Shown here: one piece after another, positions 27,945 to 37,382 of the stretch
How the letters are laid out: each line of letters opens with the position of its first letter
Numbering within the stretch: position 1 is the stretch's first letter
Notes under the pieces: generated by a model
Seen by the model: only the letters and a program-made list of their open reading frames with translations
Database searches by the model: none
Told to the model about the DNA's origin: nothing
Made by a program: the position numbers and the translations under genes
NCBI GenBank assembly: GCA_965219455.1
Contig: OZ244744.1
Coordinates: 4,224,001-4,288,000, forward strand
DNA: 64,000 bases
Origin: Candidatus Latescibacterota bacterium
GTDB lineage: Bacteria; Latescibacterota; UBA2968; GCA-2709665
Direction: 5' to 3'

Positions 27945-28835
27945 ATGAGACGCGTTCTGACGAGTTTGATCTGTTTCGGGGTATTGGCAGCGGCATCGTC
28001 ACCTGGGGCGGAGGAGACAGACACTTTCACGCCTCCTGGTGCCGGTGTGGGGGCGTGTGTTATTCAGGATGGGAACGGTGTTTCGGCCGATGGCGAGATA
28101 CCCTGGAAGGGTTCGGATATGATGGTACCGTCGGTGTCGACGGGGTTCGGAAAGCTGGGCGTTCCGTCGGAGGGGGTCCGTCCGGTCAGGTGGACCGAAT
28201 ATGCGGAGGAGGGAGATATTCTCATGCCGCAAAGTGGCATGAGAAATAAGAACGGGTTGAGCCTGTACTTCTCCAGCGCGACGGGTGGATTCGGGTTCCG
28301 TATGGGGTACGACCGGCGGCTCTCACCGGTCCTTCGGCTGATTGCGGGAAACGAATATATGACGTATGGACCGCTGCAGGCCTTGAAGAAGCTTGGCGAG
28401 CATCTGCGTCCCGGGGTGCAGCGCGTGACGCTCATATCGATGCCGGTGGGGTTGCTGCGGCAATTTGGGGTGGAGAAACGAATCGTTCCCCACGTCGGAT
28501 TCGGCGCCGGACCCTATGTTCGATTCGACCACCGGGGCGGCTACGGCGGTTTCCTTTCGGGCGGATTGGGCATCGGTACGGGCTTGGGGGGTGGAAACAG
28601 CGGCATGGGTGTACGGTTATCGCAATTGGGAAGTCCGGTTGACGGATTCTCGGATATTTCATTTACGATGGGCGGCTATATTCTGTCCGGTTTTAACGTT
28701 CGGTTTGGAGAGAACAAAGATCTGGCTGTGACGACCGACGGGCGTTACACCCTGGCGCGTTTTTCGGACGCGCTGGGCAACCCCGGAGACCTGAGTGGTT
28801 TCTCCCTTTCAATTGGCGTCGGGAAGTATTTTTGA
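27945..28835 (+). CDS. Putative outer-membrane beta-barrel protein
   Basis: AGGAGG ribosome-binding site, signal peptide, amphipathic strands (VPHVGFGAGPY), C-terminal SLSIGVGKYF. Confidence 0.65.
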   Translation: MRRVLTSLICFGVLAAASSPGAEETDTFTPPGAGVGACVIQDGNGVSADGEIPWKGSDMMVPSVSTGFGKLGVPSEGVRPVRWTEYAEEGDILMPQSGMRNKNGLSLYFSSATGGFGFRMGYDRRLSPVLRLIAGNEYMTYGPLQALKKLGEHLRPGVQRVTLISMPVGLLRQFGVEKRIVPHVGFGAGPYVRFDHRGGYGGFLSGGLGIGTGLGGGNSGMGVRLSQLGSPVDGFSDISFTMGGYILSGFNVRFGENKDLAVTTDGRYTLARFSDALGNPGDLSGFSLSIGVGKYF

Positions 28836-29134
28836 GGAGATGCGGACGATCGATTATCGCCATAACCGACAAGAAGCGCCGCGGGTGGTGGTTAAAAAAA
28901 AATATGGATCGTCCCGATCTGAGACGCCAATGTGTAAGCGTAAACGAGACCCTTCTCCGGCGAGGTTGTCACCACCATAGATTCACTTTATGTTGAAACT
29001 TTGACGCTGCGCGGAAGTATAAGGATATAGAAACGCCCTTTCTCCCGTCGTTGTCCTTTTGGACCTTCCCTCCCGCCAAAAGGTTACTCTACGGAGAGAG
29101 GGCGTTTCTGCGTGTCTGCCCCCGTGGGCATCCG

Positions 29135-29959
29135 CTACATCAGGCTTTCCAGCAGTTTTTTGCCCTGGACCAGATCCCTCACCTTTTGGTCCCAATCCGG
29201 TATTTCGCGTTCCATGGTGACAGGTCCTCGGTATCCGATCTGTTTGAGTCTGGCAATGAAACGATCCATACCGACGTCGCCGTCGCCGAGCGGGTGTTCC
29301 GCGCCGAGTTGTCCTTCGCCCGGTGGCCACTTTCCATCTTTCGCGTGAACGCTGACGACGTAGTCGGCCACAATACCGAGGGCTTCGATGGGTTCTCCAC
29401 TTCCATAAAGGATCATATTGGCCGGGTCGAAGTTGACTCTTACGTTATTTCGATTCAGCGTCTCAAGAAAGTGGAGGAGCGCGGAAGCCGTTTCCTGACC
29501 GGTTTCCAGGCAGAAGTCCTGTCCGTTCGCACCGCAATAGTCGGCCATTCTTCTGACACAATCAACCATGGCATGGTGGTCCGGGTGATCCGGTTCTTCC
29601 GGGACGAAGCCGATGTGTGCGGCCACCTTGTCAACGCCGAGCGCGCTTGCAAAATCGGAAATACGCCCGGTTTTTTTAATGCGTTGCTCCCTCAGGGATG
29701 GATTGAGATACCCTACGGTATCTCTGATGGTCGGAATGTCAGCGTAACTCTCTTCTGAAAACCCCGCGAAGACGGTGGTAACTTCAATGCCGACCGAATG
29801 AATGTCTCGGATCAGCGCGGTACTTCTGTGTTTATCTTCCAGGACATCCTCAGAAGGGGCGGCAATTTGTACGTTCCCGAAACCCAGATCCCGGACCTGC
29901 CTGAGCTGGTCAAGGGTCCATCCAACGCTCATCATGACACCAACCGGCATCTCCTGCAT
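29135..29959 (-). CDS. Sugar phosphate isomerase/epimerase (xylose isomerase-like TIM barrel)
   Basis: LETGQE, VNFDPAN, SVHAKD, LGDGDVG, TMERE metal-binding motifs. Confidence 0.88.
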   Translation of the reverse strand: MQEMPVGVMMSVGWTLDQLRQVRDLGFGNVQIAAPSEDVLEDKHRSTALIRDIHSVGIEVTTVFAGFSEESYADIPTIRDTVGYLNPSLREQRIKKTGRISDFASALGVDKVAAHIGFVPEEPDHPDHHAMVDCVRRMADYCGANGQDFCLETGQETASALLHFLETLNRNNVRVNFDPANMILYGSGEPIEALGIVADYVVSVHAKDGKWPPGEGQLGAEHPLGDGDVGMDRFIARLKQIGYRGPVTMEREIPDWDQKVRDLVQGKKLLESLM

Positions 29960-29987
29960 TGTTTTCTCCTCCTGTTGTTCGTTTACG

Positions 29988-30540
29988 TCACTCGAAGACC
30001 TCGAATTCGCCGTTTCTCACGATCAGTACAATAGGATCGTAGACCGCGTCTCCGTTGCCGTCGAACGAGAATTCGCCCAATATGGTGTCCAGATCCGTTC
30101 CGCCATGTCCGCCATTGCCTCTCGAATAGTGGTTGGATCCGTCGATCGGGCTCTTGCGAGGGCCGTCGCAAGAATATGCAACGCGGCATAGGACTGCGCT
30201 GCCCATCGGTTCGGTTCAACGCCGAAATTCGTCCTGTACCTCTCAACGAAGGAGGCATTTCCGCGCGTGGAGGCAATGCCGGTCCAGCCCGTAAAGGCGA
30301 TTGCGCCCTCTGCGCCATCGCCTGCAGCACGAACTTCATCCTGGGTCAAAACTGGCACGATAAAGTGAACATTGGCGGGAATGCCACGACAGCCTGCGGC
30401 AGGGTTACATCGACAGCCCGTTTGCCCAACGGCTGTCCTATCGGTTTCTCAGCCTGAGTATCCTGCGGCGTCGTCGGGCGTTCGCCACCGCAGCCCCAGG
30501 CAAGGCCTGCGACAAGTGGGAGAACGAATGCACGGCGCAT
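29988..30540 (-). pseudogene. Internally deleted, frameshifted lipoprotein gene: N-terminal module plus C-terminal LivJ/K-type substrate-binding fragment
   Basis: MRRAFVLPLVAGLAWGCGG...GQPLGKRAVDVTLPQAVVA abuts AGDGAEGAI...FVERYRTNFGVEPNRWAAQSYAA and, in another frame, DTILGEFSFDGNGDAVYDPIVLIVRNGEFEVFE*. Confidence 0.75.
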
Positions 30541-30887
30541 ACTGCGGAACACAGGTTGTCTCCTTGAACGAAATGCGTTTTCGATACCGCGGAAGGAACT
30601 CATACTTGAGATCTGATCAGTGGTCATCCGGCTGAACCAGGACAGGGCGTGCAGAAGAACCGGCGTCGAGCCCTTCCCCAATGCAAAGACGCTCTTTTTT
30701 TCCTTAAGTTGAGTCATCTGTCGTCCTATGCGCCCAATATATGTGAGAACCATAGCCCGTGCAAAGTCAAATCACAGAAGCGCAGGAGTACTCGGACAGC
30801 AGCCAGCCATTAAACGAGAAGTTGATATCCAGAACACCGTCTCTGCATTGGAAGATAGTTTAGAGGCTTTCATTTATATAACACGAC

Positions 30888-30916
30888 TTGACAACTGCAC
30901 ATTTGTTTAGTATATC
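30888..30916 (+). promoter_or_regulatory. Putative sigma70 promoter
   Basis: TTGACA-N17-TATATC upstream of the 30976 ORF. Confidence 0.6.
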
Positions 30917-30975
30917 TTCGATATACGGGATGTCTCAATAGCGAGCCATGTAGAGCCCTGGCAAGGAGGTCTGAG

Positions 30976-31272
30976 ATGTCTGACCATGCGGTACAAGAGA
31001 GGGATATCACCGGCGGATCCACATTGAAGTGCTTGAGCGAAGACTTTCGCCGGGTTGTGGAACGCATACAAACCGGGGTCAATGGCGTCGCCTTGCACGC
31101 AATGGATGCGGGGCGTTTGGTGACGGTCGACGCGGCCGAGCGCGCCGTCGACAATCTGGCCCTGGAATTGCAGCGTGGCGTCGGAAATCGAAATGCGTGG
31201 CGGGGGGCGCTTGTAGACTATGAGTCGGCTTGGCTGGAAATCATCCGCAACGCACGAGACGGTAAAAATTAG
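30976..31272 (+). CDS. Small hypothetical helical protein (98 aa)
   Basis: AAGGAGG ribosome-binding site and its own promoter; no recognised motif. Confidence 0.7.
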   Translation: MSDHAVQERDITGGSTLKCLSEDFRRVVERIQTGVNGVALHAMDAGRLVTVDAAERAVDNLALELQRGVGNRNAWRGALVDYESAWLEIIRNARDGKN

Positions 31273-31370
31273 CTCCGGTCCAATACACCGTCGTCGTGCC
31301 ACCAGTGGATTGGAACGCAAAAAATCACGTTCCGAGGCCAGAGCGGGCAACGCCCGGGCAAACGAAAGAT

Positions 31371-31393
31371 AGATTCCCGGTACAGAACACTAG
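31371..31393 (+). mobile_element. Isolated terminal repeat of the MITE-like element
   Basis: AGATTCCCGGTACAGAACACTAG compared with the element end TATTTCCGGGACAGAACACTAG. Confidence 0.55.
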
Positions 31394-31541
31394 CTTTAAC
31401 GTCGATCCTGGATCTTCACAACGTTCTTCCTCCTGGTTGAAGAGGCGAGAGGGTAGAAAACGGCTTCGGCAAGCTGGAGGTATAAAGGGCGGATCTTCCA
31501 ATGGAAATCCGCCCTCAGGTTTTTGTACAATCGATTCGTTC

Positions 31542-32552
31542 TCAGGCCAGGTCAACAATGTCTCCGAAGTACCTGCCCGTTTCAGCAATCGTTACGGGTA
31601 CCCCTGTGTGCGTTTCAACGTCGTGAATCAGTTCCAGCACGGGTTCCGTAAGCGCCTCACGGGCGCGGGCGCCCCGCACAGCCGGGTCAAGGTGGTCGCA
31701 GAAAGTGAGGGCAATCTGGGTGGGGCCATTGAGCATAACCGCCTCTTCCAGGTGTCGCCATGAAATCCTGTGGGCTTTTCTGCGGCGTCGCCCTGTCGTC
31801 ACACCGTATTCGACGATACCCCGTCGATCCTGTTCACCTGCAGACATTTCAAACGGCAGCGGACCCGCGCCCACGCGACTGGGTACGGCCTTGACCACCA
31901 GGATGACGTCCTTGATAAACTGCCAGTTCAGCCCTGCATCGTCCGCCGCCGCAACGGTTGTACAATTGTCGGAAGTGCAGAAGGGGTAGTCCGTGGTAAG
32001 CGCAAGGGACAGGTGGGTGCCCTGGCTGGATTCGATGACAACGGCCCCTCCGTCCCTGCACGCCGTGTTGATTTCTCGCGGTACGTCGGTGAGGAAATCC
32101 TGAAGTTCCGGGATGTCCCGGGCCTGTCGGGCGCGACGCAGGACAAAGTCCGCTCTGGCGGCGCCGCTTCCGCTGCATACACTGCCCAAAGTGGCCGCAA
32201 GTTGCCTGTCCTGGGCCTCACGTGCGCGATGTTCGGGCTCAATCACCGGACAGCGCAGATCCACCCCGGTACGGTCGGCGAGTTTGTACTTCCGGATTTC
32301 ACGGAGAAAGATTTCAGGGTCTACCGCGACTCCGCTTCCGATCCTGAGCTGCGTACGGGGATGTAACCAACCGCAGCACAGTTGATGCGTACGAATTTCG
32401 GAGCCGTCTTCAAAGTAGATGCTATGGCCGGCATTGGTGCCGGTACCGGCGCGTACACAGAAGGCGGCTTTCTGTTTGAGGGCGGAATAAGCCGCGATTT
32501 TTCCTTTGCCGGAATCGCCCCAAAGCGCGTCCACAACAAGGGTTGCGCACAC
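31542..32552 (-). CDS. purA: Adenylosuccinate synthetase-like protein, short archaeal-type
   Basis: WGDSGKGK, NAGH, ESSQG, YPFCTS, SRVGAGP, EYGVTTGRRRR; only 336 aa. Confidence 0.8.
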   Translation of the reverse strand: MCATLVVDALWGDSGKGKIAAYSALKQKAAFCVRAGTGTNAGHSIYFEDGSEIRTHQLCCGWLHPRTQLRIGSGVAVDPEIFLREIRKYKLADRTGVDLRCPVIEPEHRAREAQDRQLAATLGSVCSGSGAARADFVLRRARQARDIPELQDFLTDVPREINTACRDGGAVVIESSQGTHLSLALTTDYPFCTSDNCTTVAAADDAGLNWQFIKDVILVVKAVPSRVGAGPLPFEMSAGEQDRRGIVEYGVTTGRRRRKAHRISWRHLEEAVMLNGPTQIALTFCDHLDPAVRGARAREALTEPVLELIHDVETHTGVPVTIAETGRYFGDIVDLA

Positions 32553-32644
32553 GATACACCTCCATTTCGAGTACTGCCGGTTAAATTTGTGCTACCATCC
32601 CGGTTGCCAGGATGGCCGGGACGGATATATTATAGCAGACCTTT

Positions 32645-32663
32645 ATAAATAAAAAAAATTTAT
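32645..32663. promoter_or_regulatory. LysR-type binding site in the AT-rich divergent promoter region
   Basis: ATAA-N7-TTAT (T-N11-A) at 32649-32663, overlapping ATAAAT-N7-ATTTAT, between the purA-like and LysR genes. Confidence 0.6.
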
Positions 32664-32781
32664 TAATTTTATTTTTGTTATATTAAATTTTTATGATATT
32701 TCACAGAGTTTCGCGGTCAATACGGCGGAAGCGCCCCAATACAAAGATGCGCCTCATAATGAACTGGCGGAGCACTGACAA

Positions 32782-33711
32782 ATGGATCTGGACCGGCTCA
32801 GGGGGTTTGTGGAAACGGCGCGCGAGAAGAGCTTTACCCGCGCTGCGGAGAAGCTGTTTCTGACTCAGCCGGCGGTGAGTCTTCAGGTGAAGGCACTTGA
32901 AGACGAACTCGGCGAAGACCTGTTCGAGCGCCGCGGCAAGCAGATTCTATTGACCGAGGCCGGTCGGCTTTTGTTCGCGCGGGCCGAGGCTATTCTGGAG
33001 ATGGCCGAGCAGATCCCCCAGGATATAGCGGCCCTCGGCGAGTTGCGCACGGGTCGCCTGAGTATCGGCACCAGCGACACCAATTGCGCCTATGTGCTGC
33101 CTCCCGCGGTAAAGGCGTTTCGACAGGCGTATCCCGGAATCGAGATCCGCCTGACCGACCGGATGTCTCCGGAGGTGGTGCGGCTGGTTTTGGAGGGGGC
33201 GGTGGATTTCGGGCTGGCCACGCTGCCGGTCACCGAACCCAGGGTGAGAACCAGGCCGTTTTTCATCAGAGACGACGTAGCCATCTGCAGTCCGACGCAT
33301 CCCCTGGCACCCGCTGAATCGGTCGATCTGCGTTCGCTGAGCGAATGTGCGATGTTGATGCTCGAGAGGGGCAGTACAAGCAGGGGATTGATGGATCGGA
33401 TGTTCGCGGAGGTGGGGCTACAACCGCATGTCACGATGGAGTTGGGCAGCATTGAAGTGATCAAGCGCTTCGTTGAGATCGGCCTGGGAGTTGCGATCGT
33501 GCCCGAAGTGGCGGTTCGGGACGAAGTGACATCGGGCCGGTTGACGGCGCTTCGAGTGACGGGGCTTCCGGCTCGCCAGGTGGGTATGGTGCGTCGTGAA
33601 GGCGGGCATCTCTCCCGCGCGGCCGCGGCGTTTCTGAAGTTCCTTGAAATGCATCTGGAAGCAACCGGTCTTCGCATACCTGAAGGAGACGGCCGTGACG
33701 TACCGGAGTAG
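32782..33711 (+). CDS. LysR-family transcriptional regulator
   Basis: SFTRAAEKLFLTQPAVSLQVKALEDELG HTH, LFERRGK, LTEAG, substrate-binding domain. Confidence 0.96.
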   Translation: MDLDRLRGFVETAREKSFTRAAEKLFLTQPAVSLQVKALEDELGEDLFERRGKQILLTEAGRLLFARAEAILEMAEQIPQDIAALGELRTGRLSIGTSDTNCAYVLPPAVKAFRQAYPGIEIRLTDRMSPEVVRLVLEGAVDFGLATLPVTEPRVRTRPFFIRDDVAICSPTHPLAPAESVDLRSLSECAMLMLERGSTSRGLMDRMFAEVGLQPHVTMELGSIEVIKRFVEIGLGVAIVPEVAVRDEVTSGRLTALRVTGLPARQVGMVRREGGHLSRAAAAFLKFLEMHLEATGLRIPEGDGRDVPE

Positions 33712-34660
33712 CCTGCGGATGCCTCTGGAACAGATCGTGGAAATGGTGTTCCATCGGTACGGTCTGCGTGTTCTGGTGGATCACATTCGGTTTGGGATGA
33801 TGAGTACGACGGTTCGGTTGTCGAGAGACACTGAGGTATTTTTGCTGAAAGTGTTCAACAGTGACGTGGTGGCATTGGACCAGATCGCGTTCGGTGCGCA
33901 ACTGGGCAATAGGCTGCGAGATTCGGGAATCCCCGTGGCGGAACTGATTCCCACAACAGACGGGATGACGGTGGTCTCCGAAGGCGAGAATTTCTTACAG
34001 CTATGGGCATTCGTCGACGGAGCGGCCTTTGCGCCTGGCGATACGACGCAGATCGAGCAGGCGGGCGCGACGTTGGGCAGAATTCATACAGTTGGTAATC
34101 ATATGTCGGTTCCCGTGGGGCAGACCCGCGCTTCCGTTTACGTGAGCGTCTCGCGGGAACTGGAGCAGAGGTGGCGCGTGCTGGATGAATCGGGCGATGT
34201 TGCCCCCGAATTGAGACGTTTCCGGCGTGTGATGGGTGATAGCGCGGGTGGACGGGACTGGGAGGAATTGCCGCGCACGGTTATCCACGGAGATTACCGT
34301 GCCCAGAACCTGCTTTTTTGTGGCGGGAGGGTGGCCGCAGTGCTTGACCTGGATACGGCATGTCTTGCCACGCGGCTGTGGGATCTGGCTTATGCGCTGG
34401 CGTTTTTTCAGGCGGTGGTTACGGACGGCCCGCTCACGAAGGAGGAAATGGCTGCATTCTTGCGGGCGTACGATGGCGAGGCGGCACTGACCCGAATGGA
34501 GAGAGTCTTGCTTCCCGATGCGCTGCGGATGGCGGTTCTGAGAGGGCTGACTCTGTGGATGCGAATCGCTTACATCGACCGGTCAAACGATCGGGCGTTA
34601 ATGTGGATAAGGGATTATTGGCCCCTGTACGAGCGTCTGGAACGGGGCGACGCCATGTGA
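33695..34660 (+). CDS. APH/homoserine kinase type II-like phosphotransferase
   Basis: IHGDYRAQNLLF and VLDLD motifs; AAGGAG ribosome-binding site before the GTG start; overlaps the end of lysR. Confidence 0.82.
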   Translation: MTYRSSLRMPLEQIVEMVFHRYGLRVLVDHIRFGMMSTTVRLSRDTEVFLLKVFNSDVVALDQIAFGAQLGNRLRDSGIPVAELIPTTDGMTVVSEGENFLQLWAFVDGAAFAPGDTTQIEQAGATLGRIHTVGNHMSVPVGQTRASVYVSVSRELEQRWRVLDESGDVAPELRRFRRVMGDSAGGRDWEELPRTVIHGDYRAQNLLFCGGRVAAVLDLDTACLATRLWDLAYALAFFQAVVTDGPLTKEEMAAFLRAYDGEAALTRMERVLLPDALRMAVLRGLTLWMRIAYIDRSNDRALMWIRDYWPLYERLERGDAM

Positions 34661-34667
34661 CATGTCG

Positions 34668-34835
34668 CTAAGGTCCCGTCCCAGAAATATGTCACCATTC
34701 ATCCGCCGTTTCATCCCGTCCCGCTGCGTTGCCTTTACTCGCCGACCTTGCGCAGGGCGCCTTGCTCAGGCGCCTTGCGAGCCGGGCGACTCGACGGCCG
34801 AATTCAGGCAATCTATTTCAGGGACAGAACACTAG
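34668..34835 (+). mobile_element. 168-bp MITE-like element, full copy
   Basis: Imperfect terminal inverted repeats (CTAAGGTCCCGTCCCAGAAATA ... TATTTCAGGGACAGAACACTAG); colinear with the 43471 copy. Confidence 0.85.
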
Positions 34836-35044
34836 GCCGTGCTTGTGTTTTTCGGGGGTTTTTTGTATCATTAGCCCGAGTTGGCGGAGTTATATGGCGT
34901 TGGCCGTAAGGCACGAACGATAAACCGTGCGCCTTGTCGCGCTTACCCCCGCGTTCGGTGTCTGTCCGGGCGTACTTAATTCGCTCGAGATGCCAATATC
35001 GAGAAATCTTCGGCACAGGTATCATCCAACCGAGGAGGCAGGCT

Positions 35045-37315
35045 ATGACGCGACTGCCCCTGTTGTTCTGGACGGTGCTCGCGATTGTCGGAGCGGCACA
35101 GGCGCGAGTCGAAGGCAGCGATGCCCGGGCCCGGGCCGAGGCGCTATACGAGCAGGCGATCGCGCACGTGGCCGAGGGGGCGTCTGAGCTGGCGGCCGAA
35201 TCGTTTCAATCGGCCATTGAACTTTACGACAAACATGCGCCGTCCTATGTGGGTCTCGGGCACATTCATCTCCAGCGGGGCGATCTGGATGCGGCAGAAA
35301 AGATGTTCCGGCAGGCGCTTCGCAAAAAAAAGCGGTTTGCGCCCGCCTTTAACGGTCTGGGCCTCGTCTTCCGCAGCCGACCCAAAGGGCTTCGTCAGGC
35401 GATCGATGCGTTTCGGAACGCGCTGCGGGCGGACAAGGCCTATGTCGAAGCGCAGTACAATCTGGCTGAGACGTACCGGCAGTTCGGCAGCAGCGAAACG
35501 CTCAGAGCATACCGAAAGGTGGTCAAAATGGACCCGGACCACCCGGATGCGTTGTTCCAGATTGGCGTGATTGAAGAATCGAAGGGTAAGTACGGGAAGG
35601 CCGAAAAGGCCTACCTGAATCAGATTTCAGCGAATGCACACCACTACGGGGCGCGGTTGCGGCTGGGGGTTGTCCTGAAACTGCAGGATCGAACCGATCA
35701 GGCGATAGCTGAACTGAAGGCGGTGGTCCGGAACCGGAACCCGCACCAGCGACGGGGGGTGCTGGAACTGGCGGATATCCACCAAAGGCGTCGGGACTAC
35801 GACCGGTCGCAGGCGTTGTTCGAAGCCTTTATCAACCGTCTGGAACCTGAGGAGCAGCGGCTCTACTACGATTTGAGTCTCGTAACCAATACTGCGGACG
35901 ATTCCAGTACCAAATCGTTGGAGGAGCAGAAAGCCGCGGCAGAGGAGTTTTGGGTCTGGCAGGATCCGGCGCCGGTATCGGCGGCCAATGAGCGGATGGT
36001 AGAGCATTATCGACGCGTGGCCGCGGCAAGGGAGAATCACGGAAAGCACAGATTCCCGTGGGACGACCGCGGGGAAGTGTATGTGCGTTTCGGGGAACCG
36101 GATCATGTCAGCCGGTCCGGAGATATCCGGTTCGAGACGGATCCCAGGGTGCTGGCGGTCAAGGATCGTCTGCTGGCGTCGGCGGGAGCGGCCGGCGCGA
36201 AGCTCCTCAAGGAAGAGGTACGATTCCTGGGACAGGTCGCACAGTCGTCCATTCTGGGTCGGCCGGTCTACCCTGTGGGAGGGATCTGGGAATATTGGAT
36301 ATATGCCCACGTGGGGCAGGGGATCGAAATGACCTTTGTACAGCCGAATTTTCCCGGTCCGTACGAGTTCGCGAGAATGCCCCTGGGAACCGGACGGATC
36401 GCAAGAATCTGGCAAAGAATGAACCCCGAGACCGTGATGCTCAATCAGGTAGCCCGGCAACCGACTGCCTATCGTCCGACATTTGCCACGGGGCCGCTGG
36501 ACTTTTATTTCTATACGGCCTCTTTTCGGGGCGACGATGACAAGACGGCGATGGAGGTCTATTATGGGATTCCAACTCGTGATTTGACATATCGTGAAGG
36601 GGACGTCGGGCGGCTGGCGCACCTTGTCCGTGGCGTTGCGGTCTACGACGGCGACAATAAGCCCGTGTACCGAACCGACGATGAAATGACCCTGCGTGTT
36701 TCGGGCGTGGTGGACACCTCGGCCGGGGCGTTCATTCCGGCGATAGATCGCCTCCTGTTGCCTCCGGGCGCCTACCGGGTAGACGTGCAGGTGATGGACC
36801 GCAATTCCGGCAGGACTCAGATATACCGGGAAGATCGCATTTTGAAGGCGTATCCTGTGGCGGCATTGACGTTGAGCGACGTGGAAATGGGCGCCCGGAT
36901 CGATGTGGCGGAGCGGGGGCGCTTTATAAAGGGCGATATCGAGGTAATCCCGATGGCGTCCAAAGCGTACCGCCCTGGCGAGCCGGTGTTTATTTATTAC
37001 GAGATTTATAACCTCACGCGTGATGAATTCGGGGCCACACGATATCGTATTTCCTACCAGATACGGTCCTTGCGTCGGACAAACGTGGGCGCTCGGATAT
37101 TGGGCGGCCTGGGGCGATTGATCGGGAAGCGTGAGGAGGGCAACGTCATCAGCATCGAATACGATCATGTCGGAACACAGTCCGACGAACGGGCTCACCT
37201 TGAACTGGATATGGAAGCGACCGTACCGGGGATGCAGTTGTTGAAGATTACGGTTACCGACGAAAACAGCGGGCAGACGGGCAGGGCGGCCATCAATTTC
37301 GATATTCGACAGTAG
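35045..37315 (+). CDS. Exported TPR-repeat, GWxTD-like domain protein
   Basis: Signal peptide, several TPRs, FW..QDP...NER..EHYRR and PWDDRGEVYVRFGEPD. Confidence 0.8.
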   Translation: MTRLPLLFWTVLAIVGAAQARVEGSDARARAEALYEQAIAHVAEGASELAAESFQSAIELYDKHAPSYVGLGHIHLQRGDLDAAEKMFRQALRKKKRFAPAFNGLGLVFRSRPKGLRQAIDAFRNALRADKAYVEAQYNLAETYRQFGSSETLRAYRKVVKMDPDHPDALFQIGVIEESKGKYGKAEKAYLNQISANAHHYGARLRLGVVLKLQDRTDQAIAELKAVVRNRNPHQRRGVLELADIHQRRRDYDRSQALFEAFINRLEPEEQRLYYDLSLVTNTADDSSTKSLEEQKAAAEEFWVWQDPAPVSAANERMVEHYRRVAAARENHGKHRFPWDDRGEVYVRFGEPDHVSRSGDIRFETDPRVLAVKDRLLASAGAAGAKLLKEEVRFLGQVAQSSILGRPVYPVGGIWEYWIYAHVGQGIEMTFVQPNFPGPYEFARMPLGTGRIARIWQRMNPETVMLNQVARQPTAYRPTFATGPLDFYFYTASFRGDDDKTAMEVYYGIPTRDLTYREGDVGRLAHLVRGVAVYDGDNKPVYRTDDEMTLRVSGVVDTSAGAFIPAIDRLLLPPGAYRVDVQVMDRNSGRTQIYREDRILKAYPVAALTLSDVEMGARIDVAERGRFIKGDIEVIPMASKAYRPGEPVFIYYEIYNLTRDEFGATRYRISYQIRSLRRTNVGARILGGLGRLIGKREEGNVISIEYDHVGTQSDERAHLELDMEATVPGMQLLKITVTDENSGQTGRAAINFDIRQ

Positions 37316-37382
37316 CTACGTGGCCCGGGTCGTAAACCGGCGTGCGGGACGAGCCGGTCTGCGTATTTGAGGAGCATTCAAC

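Noticed and set aside
31542-32552. PurZ (Z-genome biosynthesis)
   Set aside because: The catalytic Asp (WGD) and the PurA-type GVTTGRRRR loop are retained, and there is no phage or dATPase context.
35627-37198. 523-aa antisense ORF and similar long shadow ORFs (e.g. 42365-43501, 23965-25017, 61265-62332)
   Set aside because: They lie opposite well-supported genes, have no recognisable motifs, and are expected in GC-rich DNA.
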